DNA from: Blasia pusilla
Lineage: Eukaryota
Length of the DNA stretch: 64,000 nucleotides
NCBI GenBank assembly: GCA_050084515.1
Contig: CM114271.1
Location: 4,154,001 to 4,218,000 of the forward strand
Direction of reading: 5' to 3'
The notes beneath the pieces were generated by a model. The model searched no databases. It was given only the letters and a program-made list of their open reading frames with translations, and was not told the origin of the DNA. Position numbers and translations under genes: made by a program. The first letter of the stretch is position 1; every line of letters begins with the position of its first letter. Below are positions 1-14,417 of this stretch, piece by piece.

Positions 1-418
1 TAGCTCTCCGCCCTGCGAATGGGGCAATTGAAGTGAGCACAGCACTCGTCGAACAGTGCCTGACAGTGCCATTGTACTCCGGCTCCACACTCAGAAGGTC
101 ATGATGATCCCAAGACCTGCACAAGTTTCCACGCCAGTCAAATTGAAGAGCTATGAATTCCCGCTACTGCAAGCATACCAAAGCCAGAAACAGATCAGGG
201 AATTACCAGGTGAAGCAACCATTGGACCCATGAAGACTATAGCGAACCGGACGAGTGGTTCTGGGAGGGAGCAGCAGATTGAGGCTGCTAATGTGTGGGC
301 CTTGATGTCCTTTACTCAGTCCACCCTCTACCAGACCCGGAAATCCACATAACAGCACTAGGAGCGCGATAACGACCACCTTTGGTAGCAATTCACTGGT
401 GGGCATACCACTGCCCAT
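1..418 (-). CDS. GP210: Nuclear pore membrane glycoprotein GP210/NUP210, 5' part (exon 1 418..207, intron 206..117, exon 2 116..<1; runs off the window)
   Basis: A hydrophobic signal-peptide-like N-terminus is followed by GPHISSLNLLLPPRTTRPVRYSLHGSNGCFTW. After a GT..AG intron the frame continues SWDHHDLLSVEPEYNGTVRHCSTSAVLTSIAP. This matches the recalled plant GP210 N-terminus (GPHI.DVNILLPP...V.YRLQGSDGCFKWSWDHHDILSV.PE.N). Confidence 0.93.
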
Positions 419-954
419 TCTCTCTCACTTTCATATATCAATCGTCACTCACTTTCTCAGCTCAACCTCGAGCTAAGACCTTAAACCTGCACCTCCACCT
501 GCCTCCATTCAGAATTCGCCTGCCTTCCTTCGAATCCTCCACCACCAAAGCAGTCACACTCGGCTAACTCGCAGAGCTCCAAGAACGCCCACAAACCCCC
601 TCGATTCCGATGACTGCACCACCTCCAGACGTAGCTACAAATAAAACTTGTGGCTCAAAACTAAACTCCATTCGAGATTTCATAAACCCCCACTGCCCAG
701 CCTATACACATTGTTGTCCTCCTGCTCCTGAGCTCGATTCCCAGAGACCCGCAAAACCCTCAGATCCCAGACGCGGCCCAAAGTGAAATCCGTGGGCTCA
801 AACTACGCACTCCTGTCCTGAATTCACAGGACCCCACATTGTCCTCCTCCTCCCTCCTCTCCTTCTCCTTCGAGCTCGGGTCGCGACCCAAAATAAAACT
901 CTCTGTGGTCTCACACTCCTCTCCTGATTTCACAGAGCCCCCCTTCCCAGTCCA

Positions 955-1044
955 CCCTCCTCCTCCTCCTCCTCCTCCTCCTCCCTCTCTCCTCCTCCTG
1001 AGCTTCCACCGACCACCTCTGACCAGCCACCACCACCACCACCA
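955..1044. repeat. (CCT)n and (CAC)n microsatellites in the GC-rich region upstream of GP210
   Basis: Direct reading of the trinucleotide runs. Confidence 0.85.
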
Positions 1045-1984
1045 CAAGCGCGCAGCCGAAACCGGAGCTCAATCGCAGCAGCCCACGCAACACTTCTCCT
1101 CCTCCTGCAGCTGCAACTGCTGCGGCCGCCGCAGGAGATCGTTCAAGAAGTCGTCCGAGCGCGAATTGCGAATCCCGCCTGCGATCTCCGCGGCGCTGTC
1201 TGCCTCTGCGCGCAATTCCACCGCAACGTCTCCGTCGCGCCGCAAGACACCGCCCAACAGTTAGTCTGCCGCTCCGCTGAGCTGGAGCAGAATCCCGGAA
1301 CGAGAGAGAGAGACGGCAGTCGATTTCAGTGTCGGTGTTCAGTCAGTGCCCCTTCTTCCCTTCGATTTCCAATCGCTGCGTTCGACATAACGAACGGACA
1401 AAGAAAGAATGAATGACACACAGAGAAAGAAAGAAATAACATGCACTCGAGGAAAAACGTGATTAACGAAATCATTAGCAAACGAAGTTAGTGGTTAGTC
1501 CCAACTAGAGCGATGGAGGGAGGGGAGAATTATGGCCGTTAAGGGCTTGTGGACCGATCCATGGTTCTCAAAATAGTCATGGACATTGTCCGTGAATATT
1601 ATTTTGCATGGACTTGTCGATATAATTAAAAGAGGATGGTGGTTACACTCCAACTTTTTGCCTCTAATAGAAGACTTAAACTAACGTACAAGAAGAGCTA
1701 AATGAACAAGATGAGCTACATTAACGAGATGTCTTTCCTGTTGGGTGATTCTCATTCGTGAGGAAAGACATTATGCTAGTGTATGTTATTATCAAATGGT
1801 GAGAGTTTGACATTCCTGAATTTAAAAAGACCACTTGTCCTTTTAAATTCAGGAATGTACGGTTGAATTTATGTCTATCTATCATAAATAATAAGTTTTT
1901 AACAAATTACTTTTGGGAACTTGGGCGTTTAGGGTTATAGGAACCGTACATCGCACGGTCTCTCACGGATCCTAACTAGTGTTG

Positions 1985-2720
1985 TTTTGAGTGTTGTCGT
2001 GCGCATACATATCGCTACACAACATACATCGCTCGTCACATCTACACCACACAACACCGATCTTCCCCACACACGATTCGATCCACACATGTACAAAAAT
2101 AAACTCATACATATACATGGAGATCACACAACAAAAATAAAAAGTAGTAAAAATGGCACACCCGGCCTAAAACTCCACTCCTCAATCTACATCGATATAT
2201 CGAGCCTCGTCCACCTTGTGCTATCAAGGAATCCGGACGCTAGCACCGTAGTCCTAGCTCACACACATACAAGGGAGGTGCTCCAACGGCCCAACATGAG
2301 AAAGATGGCTTAGGAAAGCCATCTTCCTCTCTTATATAGGTTGGGAAGAGCCAAAAGGCTCTTCTCCAAAAACTAGCCCTTCCCTTAGTAACATGCGCGA
2401 CACAGTTACCAGGGGCAGGTGACCTGGTCAACAAGTCACCCGGCTGTAAAAGACCTCCACATGAAAGTCGCCGTAAACGCGTTCGACACAATGGACCTAT
2501 CCTCAACCTCGTCCGACACTGTGGGACAAAGTTACACTCAAGATAGTCCGTTGGCTCCTACACCCTATCCACGATAGATCTCGGCCTATCGGCTACTCAG
2601 ATGTGACAGTGCGGGGTGCCGAAGGATGTAGACTTGCACCTCCTTACGTCCGGACGCATTGTCACACTCCACGACTTTTTAGTTCACACGTTATGTTAAT
2701 GCATCACCTCATACAATCAA
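1985..2720. mobile_element. Possible LTR-like or other repeat fragment
   Basis: GC-richer block in AT-rich surroundings with a CTTATATAGG TATA-like motif. No TSD or PBS confirmed. Confidence 0.25.
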
Positions 2721-5700
2721 GGATCCCCTCAGTTGAAAATAAATATGTCGTCCTCCTTTTACGATCGAGGACCAAGAAGTCTACGCAAGACTTATTTCAT
2801 GTTGTATGAAACGCCCTAATGGGCAAGTGTGTTTTATTTTTTATTTTGAACTTTCAGCAATAATTAAATATGAATCTTGGAGTGGAAATACAAAAGGGAA
2901 CTTCTAGAGAGAAGTGGATTTAGCTCATTTGGAGAGAGAGGAAGTGACTTTAATGAATACTCTTGCTTTTTAAGGCGTGTAATACATTGGATCTAAAGAT
3001 TATCCATCGTCATAGAGGGAGGGATTGTCCCTCTAGAGACCGGAAAGGATTTCCTCCAACTTGCGTAACTCTCCTCTCCGTCCGTTTCTCTCCATATCTC
3101 TTTTCTTCGAAAGGAATGGATAGAGTTTCTTCACATACTTTCTCAACCCCTCATCTTTGGCCCTCACCTCCTATATTATCTATATTCACCCCTCCACAAA
3201 GGGTAGGGATATCCTTACAAAGATGGAAAACAACTCTATACTCTTCTTCTCTCCATAGAGTTGGAGATGGTCCATTCCTTCACTTATAGGAGGAATTTAG
3301 ACGATTCTTAAAAAAAACTTAGAGGAAGGTTTGATATGTTCCTCCTCTCCAACCATATCAAACTCCTTTACCTCGTGTCAATTCATGTATTCCAATGTTA
3401 TCCCCTATCCATACTCCCCTAAACTTGCTTAAAACATTCTTATGAAATCCTGCCTCATTGAAAGTTTGTCTCATGCCCTCTTCCTCTCCCTATTGAAAAT
3501 TAAATGACTTTGAAAATATTTATTGTGGAGCACTCCCTAGTTGAAATTTTTTTCCCTAATCTCACATCATCTCCCATATTCAAAATTTATTCCCTATCTC
3601 ACTCACTTAAAATTTGATATTCTTAAAAGCATTCTTTATGAAATCTTCCCCCACCAAAAATTATCGCTTTCTCTATGTCCCTCTCCTATTGAAAAATAAA
3701 TACTGTAAAGAGAATCTTATGAAATCCTCCCTTGTTGAAAATTCATTATTTTCTCTCCTCCCCTTCCATATTGAAAATTTTGAATCTTTTAAAATGGTCA
3801 TTGTGGAGCCTCTCTTTTGAAAAAAAAACTCCATTTCTCTCTTTCCATCCCTGCCGAAAAATTGTTTCCTATATATACTTCCCTTTCCTCTTCAAAATAA
3901 ACCTTAATTTTATTTCTTTGTTTTGCCCTCTCTTGTTGAAAATGTATTCCCTTCCTCACTTCCCATCCCTTATGGAAAAATTATTTAGTACCCTGAATTT
4001 TGAGGTATTGATGGATAGTGAGCGAAAAATAAGATTCGATGGTATATTGCAGTCCAAGATGGTTGCATTTGGCTTCATGGCAATACAATTGTATGCATTG
4101 AAATTTCTTATCACTTCTAGGCTTGTCTTGCAAAGTAGATGCTTGTAGAGGGGCTTTCATTATTAGGTAGTGCATTGTAGGTGGTTTGATTCAAGTTTAA
4201 ATAAATGTTGGTTTGACTTTGGGTGATAAGTATATATCCAAGATCTCTCAACGATGTTACATTTTTTTTGGAGAAGACAAAAGATTTCAATGGAATCCCC
4301 AAAAAAGTGGGGCAAATACTAGTGTAGAAAAGATGATTTTATTATTGTCATTGCAAATAACTTGCGGACTAATAAAACACTAACCCTTCCAATCAAAACA
4401 CGTCGCACTAGAGTATCAAGGCCTTTGAATCAATGGAAAGAGCGTGCCATCAATCAATCCAACACAACCCCCAAAACCCTATTTAGCGAAGGTAGAAGAT
4501 ATATTTTGCTACTCACACCCGCTAGTTAGGACAATTGTATTTTCTTGGCAAGTTTGTTTAACAAGGCCTTCATGCATATATTTGTGAAATTGACCATTGA
4601 ATCTTGCAACATACCTTGTAAGAATAAAATGCAAGCCAGACAAGAAACTTTTCTATTATGACAAAACCTATTGACTAGGACAAACAACTGCACTTGTATT
4701 TGCACAAATATTTATTGATTGTAAGAATCATACTAGAAGATTGGATGCTCTTGGATAAGACTATATAGTTCATAGAAAGATGTAGAGGTCATGTCAGTAA
4801 AATATCTCAAAGACGAGGGCGATTCCCAAAATGTTATTGATACAAGTTGAGCTTTAAGGCATCCTAAATGATATCCAAAAAATATTCTCAAATGCATAGT
4901 TGTATGAGATTATTATCAATACCATAATTTTCATTTTTTGAATTATAAATTATAGATCCTTCATCCATTTTCATGGTATGGATTGTATGAAGATATCTCA
5001 AATCTTGAAAAGAATTGGACTCAACTGAATCACCTAAGAGAATCTAGATGCTAAGAGAATCTAGATTTCAAGACTCTCTCTTACAAATTTCAACAACTAC
5101 TACCTCTTTGAAATTATTGGCATGACACGTCAATTTGGATATCTCTTCTTAATCTTTGGAACTGATTATAAATTAATCAACGCTTCATGTGCCAAAGAAG
5201 ACTAGCGCTATTGGGATAGTCTACAAAGGAAATAATGAAACAAAAAGGGAAAGAGAAGCAAAATTAAACTCAAAAGGGGATGATCAACGAAAGTTGTAAC
5301 CTAAAGAATTGATTAATTGAAGTAGATTGGACCCTTGAACTTTAGAGTATAAAGCATAGAGCATGATCCTTGCTAACCATGTGTATAATCAAGAGCCTAC
5401 AACACCATAAAACTGTGGAGTTTTCAAGAGTATGGACTTCTCACCCATCCCAACAAATTTCCTTATAGTAAAAAATTCAAAGTCATATCAACAAATGTCT
5501 TAGAGATATATATGTGTGCAAGTGGGATTCACCTACACTAACCAAATCCAAGGAAATTCTCCACGATGGACAAGAGGAAATAAATGTGAATTACAACAAA
5601 AAGGTGAATCAAACGATAAAGCTAAAATTTAAAGCCCATTTCATCAACATGAACGAGTCCAAAAAATTTAATTTACGGTCCAATTGTGAGTTTGACTTAC

Positions 5701-6292
5701 AATCAATTTTATGATTGCATTGCAAGCCTAATGTGAGTCCTCGTAGTCGCAATGAAAACTTGGTTATCCGGACCCACAAACCATTTGTAACTCTAAAACA
5801 TGTGTGGAATCATAATGGACCCACAAATTATCAGCTCTTGGCAAAATTAAACTCGCAATAGAGTCGCCTTGACACTTTTATCCCTTGATGTGTCTTCCAC
5901 TCCTCTTTTGCTTAGTTTAACATAGTTTTTTAACCTATAAAGCATTTAACTAAAGGAGATTTGACTCTTCCAATTTATTCATAGGGATGGTTATCCATTT
6001 TTTTCTCTTTCATTTCTTTTAGTCTAGGACCAATTTAGAAAAAAACATGCAATACTATAAACTTCACTTATCTACATATCCTTCACATACAAAAAAAATT
6101 CCCATCCAAAAATTCCAAGAAAATAAGCTCCACTATAGAAAGAAGCTAGTCACAAAGTAGGAAGAGGGATCTTGAAAAGGTATGAGGGGTTTGGAGGCGA
6201 AAGGGGAATTTGTGGCGAAGGTTTCATTGTTTGCAAGTTTATTTGCGGATGCTATGCAAATTGTATGTGAGACATGCTAAAAAATCTTAGTG

Positions 6293-7000
6293 TGAGATAT
6301 AAAAGGCCAAATTATTAGCCATGGAATATACACAAGAGTATGGCTTGGACCATGATGGAAAATTTAATCTTGTAGCCTAGAGGTCACAATTAGAATTGTT
6401 ATTTATGGCACTAATAACTAGCAAAAGATGTAGAATACATTAAATGAATTCCAAGAATACGTTTCTATGAAGATTTGGAGGAGGAAGTCTACAAAGTCAA
6501 TCCCACTATACATAAGTATGAAGATTATATTTCTTTGGTATGCAAATTGAGAAAGGCTCTTTATGGGCTCAAACAAGCACAAAGTGATTGATATAGTAAG
6601 ATTAGGAAATTCCAAAATACCTTGGATTGCATATTTATAATTCAAATTCCTCACCTATTTAATAGGAGTTGAAGGACAATATTTTATTATCATCATAGTT
6701 AGTATGAATGCATGTATGTAATTGGTAGTAGTGAGCATCTAATATAGAAGATCAAAGTGCGATTGAAAGAAAAAATTGAGTTGAAATTTTTCAAAGAGTT
6801 CGAGTATTTTTCTTGATGTATATAGAGTTTATTAAGGATGGAGATGATATATAACTATTTCGACACCACCACTATGCTTTTGACAAGAATTCTGAGGTTT
6901 AATTTGACAACATACAAGCCTACCTCCATGCCATTGGAACATATTGTTAAACTTACAATCAATACTATTATATATAGGAGGATTATATTAGAGGAAGAGC
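6293..7000 (+). mobile_element. Decayed Ty1/copia reverse transcriptase fragment
   Basis: Frameshifted translation gives RYK.KLLAMEYTQEYGLDHDGKFNLVA (cf. RYKARLVAKGYTQ.YGIDY.ETFSPVA), LEEEVY and VCKLRKALYGLKQA. Confidence 0.85.
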
Positions 7001-10000
7001 CTCCGTTGTATGACAAGTGTCCTCCAAAATCAACCCAAAAAGTGACACATTCCATATAAAGTCTTGGCCACCGCTTAAGAATCGCACGTGTTATATGGTA
7101 CTAACATTAATTTGAGCATATTCCATTACTAATGTTTCTCAATTTATGTGAATAGAGCCATTTTAACCGTTAGTACCAATAGAGAAAAGATTTTTAGCCT
7201 CCGATCTTGATAACCAATGAAATAATCGATTTTGAACTTAGGATTTTGACATGAGTTGATCCTCCATTACTAGGTCTTTAAGCTTATTTGGCATTCATAA
7301 GGATTTTGTAGCATTTCGGGAGAACAGTCACATTTAGAACTTTGAGAGCCGCTTAAAGCTTGGATATGCAATTTTTCTATTAGCAATTTGTTTTTTTAGA
7401 TACATAAGTACATCCTCTTACTTCTAATGTTTTTCTTAGTCCAACAATTTGCTATTAGCTTTCATCCTAAGCTTACCTGCATCAATGCTACTTTCTTGCT
7501 ATGCTTTAAAGTATACTATTATGCATCCAACCTATAATTTGGAGAGCATATTTCACAACTATACATTGCTACTACTTACTCTTTACAATGTCTCAATAAA
7601 TACATTTGCAGTGGTCCAAAGTAGAGTTGTACATGCTATATAGATTCAATATTATAAGTATCTATTGGGGGTGTTAGGCCCTTCCAAAGTCCTTGATCTG
7701 TTGAGCCCTTATGAGTCCTTAATTTGTTAAACTCTTGATATGTTGCTTCCAACTACAAAAAAACCGCTAATAAAAATGTAAGCTTCCCTAAAGAGAACTA
7801 ATCTAACCATTGTATGCAGGGTTCTGACAAGGTGAGAAAATGGCTCAAAGATGCAACGCAATGAAATCTACACAAGGTAGAGGAAAGATAACCATGAAGA
7901 AGGAGTCTTACCCAACATCTTCTATATGACAGTATACTGTTAAATGGGGGGATACTCCATATTTGCATGGACCCATATAATTCCCAATTACATAATATGA
8001 TTCCTTCCAATGTCGAGCCCAAATTATCCTTTGGGCGTAGATCCTTCTTTTGCAGTTAACTCAAAATGGAAAATAAAACTCAGTTGTTAAAATCAACTTG
8101 ACTTTGGGATGCCATGAGGCATTCCATGTCCTCGTCGACTCCCGACACCCAGCCCTTAGCCAAGCCAAATGTCAACTTGTCAAGGCTTGTGTAGTTTGTT
8201 GAGTATCATGTGAGATCTAAACCCTAACGATCATTTATGAAAAGTGGCGAGCCCTCCGCTAAGTCTAAGAGTGTCAACTCTGAGGGCCCAATTCCATGGA
8301 CCGCGGGCTTGGGCTCACGCGCAACCCCATGACCCCAAGATCCGATGAAATCCAGCGGCGCATTAAGTCGGAATCTGCGGCTTTGCGCCGGTTGTTGGCA
8401 GGTAACCAAGGAATAGCCCTACGATAATGAAACCCAGGAACCGGTTTGGACCAATTTTTTCAAATTACAAATGACGTGGAAGATATCATATGCAGCTAGG
8501 ATAACGAAGGAATTATTGCAGCCAAAATTTGTGGTCGCAAGAATTTCTAAGACCCCACCAAAAACCAAGGGCGCCGACAAAAAGTTGGCAACTCGGATCA
8601 TTTCAAAACAATAGACATCGTCAGATTTCTCTGATTCGTCGTAACTACTAGGATTGCATAAGTACTTTGGCCCATGGAATCGGGCCCTTAAGAGTATATT
8701 CCACAATCTTTGGGCAGTAGTGACAAAGTCAATATCTGCCATGACGAGCATCAAGAGGAGTCTATTAGTGGTTCAAATCAAAGTACAAAAGCCCAAAAAA
8801 CAAATGGCAAAATAAAAAATCCGGGAGATTACATCATATATTTCTTGAATTTAAAGTTAGGCCATATACTTCAACTATTTTCAAGAGTGTTGAATTTGAT
8901 AGTTGAGTGATAACAATCAAATGCATGATTCCAATGGAAATTTAGAACACATTCTAATTGATTGCATTTGTACATGATATTGGTCACCATTCTAAGTTTT
9001 CATTGGACTTTCATGAGTCAAATTGTGCCTCAAGCTATAGTATTTGGATGCCATCACATATTATAGAGTGCTTTCCTAAGTTAACCCCCTTATCTACCAA
9101 GCCCGATCTCTCTAAAATAGAAGAGTCTAAAAAAATCAATCCACTGCAACGAGATGAATATCCCTTTCCCCATAGCTTGCATTCCACTAAGAACTTATGC
9201 GTTGAAAATTACCAAAATCCAATCAAAGCCAACGTGGATAGTTCAATCAGGCGGACGAGGCCAAAACTAGATGAGCACACGCGTAAGAATGTTAACATGA
9301 ACAAAACAAATTTGAGGCAAGAATTATAAAAATACAAAGTGGGCATAGCCCGAGGCTCCTCTCTTTGCAAAGACAACCACACGGTTATAAACAACATACA
9401 ATTGATCCAAGGGCGAGGCTACTAGACGAATGCAAGGCAAGGACTCAATCGGGCTCACGGTGAGGCGGGCGTGCTAAGGGTCAATATAGAGCATAAGGTC
9501 AATTCCAAAGAAAGCTCAAGGCAGACGAGATCAAATATATAGCATCAAAAAGATGAAGCGGATGGGGAAAAACGATCAAGATTGACGAGCAACACACATG
9601 GAGAGGCAAAGTGGATGAGAGCGACTAGAATACAGACAAGAGCTCACATAGGGCGCCGAAGGCAACGCCCTATACGAGCGGGGAAGTTGTTGAATATGGG
9701 CTTGGGAGGGGGACGCGCGCTCAAGGGGAATTGAGGAGCAAACAATAAGATCAGAGTCTACTCTACCCTGCCCACCTCATCCCCCATGCTAAAAGCAACA
9801 TGCGTAGCATACAACGATGGCCCTATGCAAGGCCCGAACAACCGCTTCTTCATGATCTACATCAAACGGTCCGATCCAGATCTGCTGGGTAGGCCATTCA
9901 ATGCTAATCCCCTAGATCCTAATGTCTGAATTGTATAGAACCGATGGCGGGCCCCTCCTGATCTCACCCCTTTCCTCCCCTTATTTCCAATTTTTTCCTT

Positions 10001-11629
10001 AAAAAGAACATCTTTCCACTTTTCCCCCTAATTTCTTCCCCTAACTATACTCCTAATTGATCCCTCAATTTTTAAAAATTTTGTTCCTTAAATTATTTTT
10101 TTCCTACTTTTCCCCCTAATTTTTCCCCAAAATGTTTCTCATAATTTGTTCCCCAAGTAAGGATATCCATTTCCTTTTTTTTCCCCATAGAATTTTTCTT
10201 ACCTATTTTTAGAAAATCATTATATATTTATTGATTCTCTTATACTTCCTAAATTTTGATGCTAATGTGTTTAACATATCAGCATATAGGAATATTAGCA
10301 TGATGGATAATTCCACGCTTTGCGACATCACCAATTTCCAACATATGCATTGACAAGTTAAAATACTGCATACTCAAATCAACCCAATCTCTTTGACATT
10401 TGTATGGTCTTTGTTCTATACATGAGTATGAAACATATAATTTGGTAAAAAAAAATTCCCAACATTTATTTAGAAAGTTTATCATGTAATTTTCATTTTT
10501 TTTCAGACTTCCTTTTCCAAAAAATTTGAAAGATTTGAGATTTTTTTAAGTTATTACGCAAATAAGGAAAAAAACCAAACTTTAAGTGCTCAAAAGTTGG
10601 TAGATTAAAAAAAATCCTCTACTTATTCAATCATCACCAACATTAGTTATGCCTATGGCCCATAGATCTTATTTCACTACTAATCTTTGGTATTCATACT
10701 CAATTCGATTGATACTATTATACGAACTTTCTTCTATGCAACCTTTTTTACAAACTTCTTATTCCATCAAATCCTATTTCTATCCATGGTTTCCAAAAGG
10801 TGTTACGTGGGGAGGCACAAAAAGGAAAAAGATTGATTTGCGCCTAGACTTCGACACTTAAAAAAGACAAATCAAAAGTCTATGATAAAGAGGACAACAA
10901 AAAAGGAAAGCGCTACAAGGAAGATATGATTCTTCTACCTCAAATTTTCAACCCATTTGTGAAATTGAGAATATTACAATGCTCCACTTACTACAATGGA
11001 GAAAATTACAATGAACCCTTTCAATACTATTGGAAGGTACGCACTCTAATTTCTAATCTAGTTAATTCATGATAAAAGAAGTTCATATCTCATGAGCTTC
11101 TTTTATCATGAATTAACTAGGTTAGAAATTATAATTCCAACTATCTTTTCTCACGCCTATGATTCATTGCATGTTACTTCCTCAAGTTATTCAACACAAT
11201 CAGCACTGCCCGAGGTTGAGGCACCTACATGCGTATTGCCAACACATGATTTATGTGACTTGGTATCTATTAGACATGGCATGAACATTCTTGAAGCTCA
11301 TCAACTCATTAACAATGCTCCAAGTATTATTGAGGACATATCCATTAGGTAAGGTGATAATGATATCAACAATGGATGCACAACTCATACTTTTGAGATA
11401 TCTACTAATGTAATTCCTATAGTTATTCAACAAGCGTCCTCCGCACATCATGGATTAAACCTCCCATTTGAGAATATTCAATCATCGATGCAATATATTG
11501 AGACATTTCTAAAAGTCATTAAGTCACTCAATCTTGCACGAATTCAAAACTTCTAAGAGAATGATATAAAAAAGTTAAGATTACAAGGAAGTATAAAAAA
11601 TATACCGGTCATTATACTATTTGTTCTAC

Positions 11630-12167
11630 GACAAAAATATGCCCTTCATGCTATACCATGTATTGGAAGTGTGAAAAGGTGAAGATTACAAGGTTTTGGA
11701 ACTCATCTTTTGGTATGTATTGTGATCATGGAAAATTACAACTTCCATTCTTGAAGGGTTTTCCTCCATTCTTGAAATCATTGATTTTTGGTGTTGGAGC
11801 TTAAAGTCTTCATTTTCTTTCCCATGCTTGAGCTTATAATTGTGCTCTTTAATTAGCATCCACTAGAGCCCAAGTTAGGGAGGAAGTTGATAGCATAAGA
11901 TACGTTCATATTCAAGGTGGAATTTATCATTGTATTGGATCATTGCATTATGTCCAGGGGAATCATCCACAATTTGCTAAAATACATATTCATGATATTG
12001 AGAATAAATTGGAAAATCGAGGAAGAGTTATGTCCCATGATCTTCAACCAAAGATCTAGAGAGGACTACAAAATATGTTAGGATATTTTGACAAGCAGCA
12101 TTTGAGGCAAGTGGTCCTAATCTTCGTATCATTCTAAAGGCAAGAAATCAAGGATTGGATTTCAAAC
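11630..12167 (+). mobile_element. Helitron RepHel N-terminal fragment (pseudogene)
   Basis: Translation shows CHTMYWKCE..., YCDHGKLQLP, AYNCAL and IQGGIYHCIGSL..QGNHPQFAKIHIHD. These match the Helitron N-terminal motifs (YN..F.F.S; I.G..YH.IGSL.P..G..P.F.Q.YIYD). Confidence 0.8.
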
Positions 12168-14417
12168 CACTAGAAGAAATCATACATTTTATGACTTTCA
12201 TATATGACTAGGTAGAGTCATATTTTGGATGAAATCACTAGTTATGACAAATGACCATTAGAGTCATATAAACCAAGTCATGTACATGTTATGACCGAGG
12301 ATAATCATCTTGGTGTATTATTTCAGTTGTTAATCATTGAGTCATACATATATATGACTAAACATCAACAATGACTAGATATTAATACATAAGCATCTTA
12401 CATTACAAGGAATAGTTTAAAATATGAAAAAATGACACATGTGCAATATGACTAGGTCATTTTTGTTGTATGAGTAAGTCATACAAGACAAATATCACAA
12501 TTCCATTCAATATGTCATGATGACATAAACACCATAAGTGCACAAATATTGCCATGTTTTTATAGGTTCATAGGTTATGAGTTTGATTTTTGACATGTGG
12601 ATCTAATGACTCAGTCATATAAACCACTTTATGTCAGCATCTAATATGTTGAATCAATTGTATGCCGCCACATGTCAATGTTGTGTTTAATTTTATATGA
12701 CACGTGGAAAAAATGACTCGGTTATATATCGTTGTCGTGTCGAGAATCTTTCTTCGAGCAAGGGCGGGCCTTCTAGCTGCGGTAGATGCGGTTGATGCAA
12801 GGTGAACTCTCTAATAAGTTCTCCTTTTTCAATACAAAATTATGATTTACACTCTCCATTCTCTCACGACAGGTATCACAAATGGAAGTGCCGAGGCGAT
12901 CACTTCTTCATAACATCGGACCCAGAAATTCCTAACTATAAAATCCCTATAAACTATTTTACGTTTGTACACGAGGAAGATAGCACAACTAGTGTTAAAC
13001 CCTACTTGACCAGGCCTATTGACATCCATGGATCGCTATATAAGGACATACAAAGTATAATCCCATGTCCTTCCATATGTGACGATAGGAAGAATCACCG
13101 GAGTTGAGATTGCATGACCTGGTTCATGAACGCCCCAAAGTGATAAACTAAATAGCGAGTGAACCAAAGGCCTATCTACAAAGAGTACCTTGACATGTTA
13201 AGGATTGAGAAAAGGAAAGTCACGGCTCGTGCTCCACCCCTATCCATGCTTGATGACATTCTCTACTCTCCTCAAGAATGGGTTTTATGGAGTTATTCTC
13301 CCAAGAGGGGTAATCCACTCTCATTGGGAAAGTAACAAGCCAAAACATCCGCTATTTTAGTATGACTAAACTCCTCTACGGTGACAAATCTCTCATCCCC
13401 CCCACACTTTAGAAACCTCTCGAAGAATAGACCATGATCAAGTTACTCTCCCAAGAGGGGTGATCCACTCTCATTGGAAGAGCAAGCAATCCCAAAGCCA
13501 TACACTCAAGAGAGACACGAGAGACTCAAGATGTGGAATAGAAGGTGATGAACCCTTGAAGGTCCCTCCTCTTTATATACTCACAAGGGATGCACAAGAG
13601 TACGAAATAGAGCTTATCTTATCTTGTGCCACATGGCTTCCTCCCAAGGCTTAGCCAATCACATTTTGACACAAGTAGATTTCCTCTTATCTCTTCCAAA
13701 ATATCCTCTTTTACCCACATGATATTTTCCAAATTACCCCAACTAACCTAGCCACCAACCAATACTACTTTTGCTTTTCATTAAAGCAACTACTTTACTT
13801 TTATAAAATCATCATTTATTTATTACCTCCTTTTCCTAAAGTTGGGCCCGCATAAAAGAGGCACCATAAAGAGGTTTAAACATAAGAATCTCCTTTTTCT
13901 AAGCCAATTTATTTAATACTAATGAAACTCTATCTAACACTTAATGACGAAGGAGTTTACACACTGGTTGATTTTACTATACGACATCGTACTTGGCTAA
14001 AACAGTCATTCTTATGAATATACAAGTGGAGATCTTGCTTCCAAAAAGGTCATTCAAAGATTTCATACAATCATTGGGTGGGTTGATTTGAGTCATAATA
14101 GTTGGCTCACAACTAGTAGGTAGGTTGATATGAGTTGTAATAATTGACTCATAAGTACTAGGTGGGTTAATATGAGTCGTAATTGTCGACTCACAATTAT
14201 TGGGCAGGTTGGGATTAGTGATAGTTGACTAATGTAGTAATTTAATTTAGATATACAATGCGCATTGGATTATTTTGTGATTTTCAATATGAAAATCATT
14301 TGTATAACTAAGATTATTACCATCTCCACTTATCTAATGACTCAAGTCATAGATGTGGCCATTCCATATGACATGGAGAGCCTTTCCTTGAGTCATATCT
14401 TTTTGAAAATATTAGTG
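12168..14417. mobile_element. Non-autonomous CACTA/EnSpm-like element interrupted by a solo LTR
   Basis: Starts CACTAGAAGAAA at 12168. Dense ATGACT/AGTCAT subterminal motifs occur on both sides of the inserted LTR, with ~42-bp tandem units at ~14074-14230 and TAGTG at 14413-14417. The TIR match beyond CACTA is poor and the TSD is not conserved. Confidence 0.5.
12733..13986 (-). mobile_element. Solo LTR (~1.25 kb, family A, probably Ty3/gypsy) with 4-bp TSD TCGT
   Basis: TGTC...GACA termini. Collinear with 28827-30082. TCGT at 12729-12732 and 13987-13990. Confidence 0.9.

Noticed and set aside
760-1264. ORFs rich in poly-Pro, His, Gly or Trp
   Set aside because: Translations of CCT/CAC microsatellites with non-ATG starts.
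8224-9900. GC-richer block with 60-120 aa ORFs
   Set aside because: No recognisable domain, termini or TSD. Probably a repeat fragment but cannot be supported.
12802-13654. Short ORFs repeated at 29129-29743 and 34191-34613
   Set aside because: They lie inside family-A LTR copies; their recurrence reflects the repeat, not coding conservation.
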